This document shows positions 58,128 through 64,000 of a stretch of DNA of 64,000 nt, piece by piece. Position numbers and translations under genes: made by a program. The stretch lies in IMG/VR virus record IMGVR_UViG_3300046804_003617, positions 1 to 64,000 of that record; one strand, written 5' to 3'. Position 1 is the stretch's first letter. Each line of letters begins with the position of its first letter. The stretch is from a virus. The notes below the pieces were generated by a model. That model ran no database searches. It worked only from the letters and a program-made list of their open reading frames with translations, and was not told where the DNA came from.

Positions 58128-59653
58128 GCAGTTTTATTAATCTTTTTCTTGGTAGATATGAATCCTATTGGTCTATTCGAAGGATCGTTTGATAGTCCGT
58201 TCCAAGAAAATCTAAAACTCATATTTTGAAAATTTTCAGTTTTAATTTCTAAATTATTATTTTTTTGATCCATATCGATGGTAACTTGATATGCAAAGGA
58301 TCCATAATTTAATATACCGTTTAACAATTCCACTGCTTTGGCGTTTTTATTTAAAACTTTTACTATATATGATCCCATCGGATAGTAGATATATCCATTT
58401 AATTTTGAGTTTTTCTGGTCATACATCAAGCCCAGTGTTTTGTCTGACGTTTTTGACCCACCCAAAATTTGATATACAGAATTTAGCCCGGAAATAAAAG
58501 CATTCTTGTCAAGGTTGGCGACAACGAAGTTAAACCATTCGTTTAAATCATCCTGAGACAAAGATTTTAAAGTTGGTCCATTATTTGGAACTGACATATT
58601 ATTTAATAACCGTATAATCTCCGCTTTCTTATCTTGTAAACGAGTATTATAAAATTCTTCTATGTTTGATACAGTTGTTCTTATTTTGGATACATTCATC
58701 AAAGATTTAATAATTCTATATTCATCTATATTACGTTGTATTAATAGATTATTTGGCTCTCCGCTCACGTTGATGAATTTATCCAAAATAAAGTTTAAAT
58801 TCGCCATACCGGTGGAACTTCCTTCTTTGGATTTTACGCTAAAAAATGTTTCTGGAACAGTATCTATTTTATAATCCCAGAAAGGGGAATTTGATTCTGG
58901 AGAAAATGATATTTTCTTTGCCTTTTTATTAGTGGATAAACTATGCAATCCCGCTAAAACTTCTCCAAAATTTTTACTTAATATCGAGATGTCTTTAGAA
59001 TTAATTTTAAAATCTCCTTGAATTGAATAATTTTTACTATATTCTTGAAGAGGCTCTTCTAGAGGAACGTCAATCGTAATTCCTGATACCGCTTCTATAC
59101 ATTTGTGCAGATACTTTTTTATTTCGTTATATTCTGGCTCTGGATATACCGTCTTAATATTGTTGAACACAAAATATGCTAATTTTTCTTTACTATCAAA
59201 GCTTTGTCCTACCAGATCTAAACTGCTCGGTGCAAATTCTTTGGAATTTGTCCCGCCCGGAATCACTGCTCCTATTATCTCCGAAGAATCTTTTGGAGTT
59301 TCCGCGTCTGTCGGTTTTCTTATAGCATTTAAATTTAAAAGACCCTCCAATCCAGAATCTAACATTTTTACTTTGGCATATTTTCCACTTTTTATTGTTC
59401 CTTTCCTTTCCGTTCCAGAAGATTTTATTTCTATAAAATCGGGGTCAAGTATGTTCAATTCTTGCCGCATTGTCACAGAATCGATTGGATTATAATCTGT
59501 TCCAAATAATTGCGAATCTTTTTCTACTTTATATATTTTTTGGGGGTCATACACTCTCTTAACATACCAGTCCCAAGTAACGCCCTTAGAGCAATTTCCC
59601 ATCAAATTAACCTCGTTTTGGATACTTTCCAATATACTTTTCAGCTTTATCAT
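58124..59653 (-). CDS. Hypothetical protein, possible PD-(D/E)XK nuclease fold
   Basis: NFGEVLA...NSPFWDY...FSVKS spacing; leader MIKLKSILE; own late-type motif. Confidence 0.45.
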   Translation of the reverse strand: MIKLKSILESIQNEVNLMGNCSKGVTWDWYVKRVYDPQKIYKVEKDSQLFGTDYNPIDSVTMRQELNILDPDFIEIKSSGTERKGTIKSGKYAKVKMLDSGLEGLLNLNAIRKPTDAETPKDSSEIIGAVIPGGTNSKEFAPSSLDLVGQSFDSKEKLAYFVFNNIKTVYPEPEYNEIKKYLHKCIEAVSGITIDVPLEEPLQEYSKNYSIQGDFKINSKDISILSKNFGEVLAGLHSLSTNKKAKKISFSPESNSPFWDYKIDTVPETFFSVKSKEGSSTGMANLNFILDKFINVSGEPNNLLIQRNIDEYRIIKSLMNVSKIRTTVSNIEEFYNTRLQDKKAEIIRLLNNMSVPNNGPTLKSLSQDDLNEWFNFVVANLDKNAFISGLNSVYQILGGSKTSDKTLGLMYDQKNSKLNGYIYYPMGSYIVKVLNKNAKAVELLNGILNYGSFAYQVTIDMDQKNNNLEIKTENFQNMSFRFSWNGLSNDPSNRPIGFISTKKKINKTA

Positions 59654-59658
59654 ATTAC

Positions 59659-59670
59659 TATAAATATATA
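59659..59670 (-). promoter_or_regulatory. Late-type motif upstream of the nuclease-like gene
   Basis: TATATATTTATA 5 nt before ATG, directly after the dnaK terminator. Confidence 0.7.
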
Positions 59671-59678
59671 TAAACTAT

Positions 59679-59710
59679 AAAAAACAACCCCACATTTCTG
59701 TGGGGTTGTT
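59679..59710 (-). terminator. Intrinsic terminator after dnaK
   Basis: AACAACCCCACA-GAAA-TGTGGGGTTGTT followed by a U tract. Confidence 0.85.
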
Positions 59711-59772
59711 AGGGGTGACTGAACTCATATCACCCTCCACCAGTCAGCATAATGGCTGACACATATAACCTT

Positions 59773-61629
59773 TTAGTTTACTACCTCTGCATCTACCGTT
59801 TCGCCGTCCTTAGCTGGCTTTGGTCCCTTGTCTTTATATACAAGTTCGCCAAGCTTGCTAAGTTCGGAAATAGCATCTTTCATCTTTGACACATCATCGC
59901 TTTCAAGGGATTTCTTAGCATTTGATATACCTTCGTTGACCTTGGTCACGATGCTGTCTTCATACTTGTTGTCTTTTAGCTGCTTCTCCCAGCCATAGAT
60001 CATATTATCAAGACTGTTCTTGGTTTCAAACTTTTCCTTTGTAACCTTGTCTTTGTCGGCATTGGCTTCAGCATCGGCTTTCATCTTTTCAATTTCATCC
60101 TTGGATAGACCAGAGGAATTCTGAATTGTGATGTTCTGCACCTTGCCTGTGCCAAGATCTTTGGCGGACACGTGCAGAATGCCGTTGGCATCAATATCAA
60201 ATGTGACTTCGATCTGAGGAGTGCCACGAGGGGCAGGCGGAATGCCGTCCAGCTTGAAGTTGCCAAGACGCTTGTTGTCGTTGGACATAGGACGCTCTCC
60301 CTGCAACACAACAATGTCAACGGACGGCTGATTATCGCTGTATGTCGAGAATACTTGTGATTTCTTGGCGGGGATGGTCGTGTTTCTTGGGATCATTGGT
60401 GTCGCCACGTTACCAGCAGTTTCAATTGCAAGTGTGAGTGGAGTAACGTCGAGCAATAATACATTATTGACTTCACCCTTCAACACGCCACCTTGCACGG
60501 CGGCTCCAACTGCCACAACTTCGTCTGGATTTACACCTTGATTTGGAACCTTGCCACCAAACTTCTTGGCATAATCAACAACCTTTGGCATTCTGGTCAT
60601 ACCACCAACAAGAACAAGCTCGTTCAGTTCTGAATTGGACATACCGGCGTCTTTAAGACAGTTCTTGTATGGAGCATCCATACGTTCAAATAACTTTTCA
60701 CAGATCTGCTCCATCTTTGAACGAGAAATGTTCAAGTTCATATGTTTTGGACCAGATGCGTCGGCTGTTATGAACGGAAGGTTGACATCGTATGATGTAG
60801 CTGATGACAATGCTATCTTTGTCTTTTCTGCTTCTTCACGCAAACGCTGAATAGCCATATTGTCCTTGGACAAATCAACGCCGCTGTCCTTCTTGAACTC
60901 GGCAATCATATAATCCATGATAGCCTTGTCCCAATCATCGCCACCAAGGTGTGTATCACCGTTGGTTGCCTTCACCTCAAATACACCGTCCCCGATTTCG
61001 AGGACGGTAACGTCAAACGTACCACCGCCAAGGTCGAATACGGCAATCTTTTCGTCCTTCTTTTTGTCCAGACCATAGGCTAAGGATGCTGCGGTGGGTT
61101 CGTTGATGATACGCAGAACTTCCAAACCAGCAATAGTGCCAGCATCCTTGGTAGCTTGACGTTGAGAATCATTGAAATATGCGGGAACGGTGATGACAGC
61201 CTTCTTTACAGGCTGACCAAGATATGCTTCGGCATCCGCCTTGATCTTACCAAGCACAAACGCGCCAATCTGCTGTGGAGAGTATTTCTTTGCTTCGCCA
61301 TTCTCTGTAACTTCAATCCAAGCATCTCCATTCGGACCTTCCACAACCTTGTATGGAAGGTTTTTGATTTCTTCCTGAACTTCGCTGAACTTTCTGCCAA
61401 TAAGTCTCTTGGCAGAGAAAATAGTATTTTTAGGATTAGTAACAGCCTGTCTTTTAGCAGCCTGACCAACCAATCTTTCTCCAGTCTTTGTGAAAGCAAC
61501 AACCGATGGAGTCGTGCGAGCACCTTCGGAGTTGGTGATTACTGTGGCTTCACCTGCTTGCCAGACCGCCACGCACGAATTCGTCGTGCCAAGGTCAATA
61601 CCAATAACAATGTCATTTGATTTACTCAT
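59773..61629 (-). CDS. dnaK: Hsp70 chaperone DnaK (start revised to MSKSND)
   Basis: [57 protein letters not shown]. Confidence 0.98.
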   Translation of the reverse strand: MSKSNDIVIGIDLGTTNSCVAVWQAGEATVITNSEGARTTPSVVAFTKTGERLVGQAAKRQAVTNPKNTIFSAKRLIGRKFSEVQEEIKNLPYKVVEGPNGDAWIEVTENGEAKKYSPQQIGAFVLGKIKADAEAYLGQPVKKAVITVPAYFNDSQRQATKDAGTIAGLEVLRIINEPTAASLAYGLDKKKDEKIAVFDLGGGTFDVTVLEIGDGVFEVKATNGDTHLGGDDWDKAIMDYMIAEFKKDSGVDLSKDNMAIQRLREEAEKTKIALSSATSYDVNLPFITADASGPKHMNLNISRSKMEQICEKLFERMDAPYKNCLKDAGMSNSELNELVLVGGMTRMPKVVDYAKKFGGKVPNQGVNPDEVVAVGAAVQGGVLKGEVNNVLLLDVTPLTLAIETAGNVATPMIPRNTTIPAKKSQVFSTYSDNQPSVDIVVLQGERPMSNDNKRLGNFKLDGIPPAPRGTPQIEVTFDIDANGILHVSAKDLGTGKVQNITIQNSSGLSKDEIEKMKADAEANADKDKVTKEKFETKNSLDNMIYGWEKQLKDNKYEDSIVTKVNEGISNAKKSLESDDVSKMKDAISELSKLGELVYKDKGPKPAKDGETVDAEVVN

Positions 61630-61690
61630 AAATTTGGTTGTTGAGCCATATACATTGGCATATGGCCCAACATTTGTCAACTTTTATTTT

Positions 61691-62143
61691 TTATAGGAGT
61701 TTTATTTTTTGTGCCTTCTTTTCTTCAACGGTGACACGCGGAAGTGTGACCTTCAGTGTGCCGTTTGTAAAGTCGGCTTTGATTTTATTCTTATCAATTC
61801 CTTCACCGACAGTGAAAGAACGTGTGAAGCTGGAACGCTTGATTTCCTTGTAGATATAGCGACCTCTGCTGCCATTCACAGACTCGGGAGCCTGCTTTTT
61901 GCCGCCACGAATAACAAGTGTATCTCCTTCCAGTTCAACTGAAACATCATTCTTGTCAAGACCGGCAAGATCGGCTTCAAGTTCATATTTGTCGTCATAT
62001 TCAACAACATCAACTTTTGGATAGCTGACCTTGTTATAAGACCCGGCGAACGGTGTTACGCCGAAGTTATTGAAAACATCGTCAAATAGACGATCAAATG
62101 GGGTGAGAAACTCATCCCGTGTGTATTTTGTTAGTGTACTCAT
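61691..62143 (-). CDS. Small heat-shock protein (Hsp20/alpha-crystallin)
   Basis: PKVDVVE...ADLAG...SFTRSF...ADFTNGTLKVTLP. Confidence 0.92.
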   Translation of the reverse strand: MSTLTKYTRDEFLTPFDRLFDDVFNNFGVTPFAGSYNKVSYPKVDVVEYDDKYELEADLAGLDKNDVSVELEGDTLVIRGGKKQAPESVNGSRGRYIYKEIKRSSFTRSFTVGEGIDKNKIKADFTNGTLKVTLPRVTVEEKKAQKIKLL

Positions 62144-62249
62144 ATTTTATATCCTTTTGTTTATATCGGCTCCATTATGGACACCGACATATACACTATA
62201 TCACGTTTCGTGCCAGAGGTTTTGACACACCTCTTCCCTCTAAAGACAC

Positions 62250-62275
62250 AAAAAAGGGCACCATTTTGGTGCCCC
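62250..62275 (-). terminator. Intrinsic terminator after the HD gene
   Basis: GGGCACCA-AAA-TGGTGCCC followed by TTTTTT. Confidence 0.8.
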
Positions 62276-62304
62276 ATTTTGTCACACGCCTGAGACGCCT
62301 TGTC

Positions 62305-62982
62305 TCAGCCTTCTCGCTTCGCAACATCGTGTTCAGCATTGCAAGACAGATAGTCCGCAACGTGAATAAGACGAGCAAGATTATTTCTCAGACCCTTTTC
62401 AGGATCGTAAGTCTTTAGATAAGAAGCAGATGCTTCGTCATACATTCCATCCGACAGCTTGATGGCAAGAGTTTCTTTCCAAGTTAGAGCAATACCAAAA
62501 CGCTGTAGATTATACAATGCTCTGTCTGTAACTTTCCAAAATTGGTTCTTGGTGTTATGCTTAAACAACAACCCTTGCTTGTTCATAGACCATTCATCTG
62601 TATTTGGAAGATAATATGGTCCGGTTTCGTCACCAAGCTTGCCAAGATCGTGGTGAATAGCAGCCATAATGCGCTCTTCATCGGTATAATCAATCTCTCC
62701 ACCAATGGTCTCGTATAGCTTCTGTACACCTCTACTGGTCTTTTCTACATCCAATACGTGCTGTAGATATCCACCAGTATGAGCGTTATGATAATGCTTC
62801 TTTCCAGAAGCAGGAGCAGTGGCAAGCTGCAATCCAAGATTATCCTCGGAATACATCACCAACAATCTTTCCAATCTTTCGCCGCTGAACTTTTCTTTCA
62901 AGAAATCGATGAAATAATCATAGTTTTCTTGGATCTGACTTTCGTTTAAATCTGAACCGTGTCTAAATGTTTTATCACTCAT
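62305..62982 (-). CDS. HD-domain phosphohydrolase
   Basis: APAS...HNAHTGGYLQH...HHDLGK...HVAD. Confidence 0.85.
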   Translation of the reverse strand: MSDKTFRHGSDLNESQIQENYDYFIDFLKEKFSGERLERLLVMYSEDNLGLQLATAPASGKKHYHNAHTGGYLQHVLDVEKTSRGVQKLYETIGGEIDYTDEERIMAAIHHDLGKLGDETGPYYLPNTDEWSMNKQGLLFKHNTKNQFWKVTDRALYNLQRFGIALTWKETLAIKLSDGMYDEASASYLKTYDPEKGLRNNLARLIHVADYLSCNAEHDVAKREG

Positions 62983-62991
62983 AATGACGAC

Positions 62992-63020
62992 ACTTTATCA
63001 AAGATATATGTGCCAGTCAA
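62992..63020 (-). promoter_or_regulatory. Sigma70-like promoter for the HD gene
   Basis: TTGACT-17 nt-TAAAGT. Confidence 0.55.
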
Positions 63021-63030
63021 ATTATAAGAA

Positions 63031-64000
63031 TCAACATTCTTTTCTTATTTCTTTAGCGTAATGATGTACTCGGTTGTGATTGACAAGCGATGCCATAAGC
63101 ACGGCGCTGCGCAATCTTCCTTTTTTCATCGTCTGGTATGCCTGACTCATTATGGTCTGCTCGAAAGGTGCGGCGAAAATGGTTTCAAGGAATATCTTGT
63201 AGTTTCCTGCCTTGGTCATAACGCTTGGCCAATTGCTGTAATATACATCTCCGACCAAATAACTGAGACCATCAATGCAACCGGATTCTTTCCAACGCAT
63301 ACGATGCTTACCATCTGGGAAATATTTGTTCTTCACAGTTTGCGGAACATTGTGCCAAGCCCATTGCTTATGATGATCACCAAAGAACTCGCTGAATGAG
63401 ATCTTGATGAAATCCAGTTTTTCCTCCTCGACTATCTTGATGCATTTTTCCAGCCAGTTATCACAATGCATATTAAGTCCATTCTTGCACAATATGTTCT
63501 TATCCTGCATAAGCATATCGTCTTCAAACCACACGATATATTTGGCTCCACTGTCGTGGAAATGCTTTGCTGCCCATTGACGAGCACCACATACTCCCAT
63601 ATTACCCTTGCGTATGACTTCAAATCCATACTTCTTGGCAATCTCATCAAATTTAATCATCGCGTTCTCGTCTATGCTGTTGTCGATGAGATATTTGTTT
63701 GTTCCGTTAAGCAGTTCCGGATTATATTTCTCCATACTGTCAATAAGCAGCATAAGCTGGTCCGGAATGTTGAAACAAGTGATATACAAATTTACTCCCT
63801 TGCCGGATTTGTTCAATGCAACCTCTTCCTCGCTTTGAAAATATTCGACATCGTCTGGTATATTCGTCTTTGATATGCTTATTTCCTGCTTTGGCAAAGG
63901 CATTTGCTTTACTCTTTCGAAAAATGTGGATACCAATCCATCGCTGTTGATCATCTCGACATTTGTAAGCTCCGGATGCAAATACGTAATCAGTGTGAAT
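63031..64000 (-). CDS. Glycosyltransferase (GT-A domain), 5' end outside the window
   Basis: LIDNS, NMGVCGARQ and WFEDD; the frame stays open to the window end. Confidence 0.7.
   Translation of the reverse strand, partial: FTLITYLHPELTNVEMINSDGLVSTFFERVKQMPLPKQEISISKTNIPDDVEYFQSEEEVALNKSGKGVNLYITCFNIPDQLMLLIDSMEKYNPELLNGTNKYLIDNSIDENAMIKFDEIAKKYGFEVIRKGNMGVCGARQWAAKHFHDSGAKYIVWFEDDMLMQDKNILCKNGLNMHCDNWLEKCIKIVEEEKLDFIKISFSEFFGDHHKQWAWHNVPQTVKNKYFPDGKHRMRWKESGCIDGLSYLVGDVYYSNWPSVMTKAGNYKIFLETIFAAPFEQTIMSQAYQTMKKGRLRSAVLMASLVNHNRVHHYAKEIRKEC

Noticed and set aside
59773-62143. Bacterial chromosome contamination (dnaK/hsp20)
   Set aside because: Same strand and gene packing as the rest, no grpE/dnaJ/hrcA neighbours, and the adjacent gene carries the phage late-type motif.
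61630-62250. CIRCE or ROSE heat-shock elements
   Set aside because: No TTAGCACTC-N9-GAGTGCTAA is present, and the hsp20 ribosome-binding site lies outside the hairpin.
62196-62378. 60-aa minus-strand ORF overlapping the HD gene end
   Set aside because: It overlaps a real CDS out of frame and runs through its terminator.
1-64000. Stop-codon reassignment as seen in some large phages
   Set aside because: Standard-code ORFs tile the minus strand densely with intact conserved proteins, so recoding is not needed.

Overview
A 64-kb segment of a large T4-like (contractile-tailed, probably jumbo) bacteriophage genome. Every credible gene is on the minus strand and reads in the standard bacterial code. 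From low to high coordinate it contains: (1) a head module with scaffold (truncated), gp21-like protease, several small proteins, portal and large terminase; (2) a glycosyltransferase cluster that includes an Aah/TibC-type protein O-heptosyltransferase fusion and a GT4-FkbM fusion, and surrounds a 964-aa three-domain nucleotidyltransferase/ligase-like protein; (3) a 2557-aa Ser/Thr/Asn-rich tail fibre; (4) an Mre11-Rad50 fusion, primase and RuvC; (5) a baseplate module; (6) a gp55-like late sigma factor with an AT-hook, peptide deformylase, DNA methyltransferase, DnaK, Hsp20 and an HD protein. Two candidate undescribed systems stand out, both inferences. (A) Virion protein glycosylation: a protein heptosyltransferase and other GTs sit beside tail and baseplate proteins saturated with a [S/T]-[G/A/S/Q]-S tripeptide. 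(B) Capsid-cargo addressing: unrelated enzymes share an amphipathic N-terminal leader and L-x-E protease-like sites, and each is preceded by the same TATATTTATA late-type motif. The DnaK sequence suggests a PVC/Verrucomicrobia-like host (weak inference). No tRNA, rRNA, CRISPR array or mobile element was seen. All family assignments come from motif recognition by eye, not database searches.
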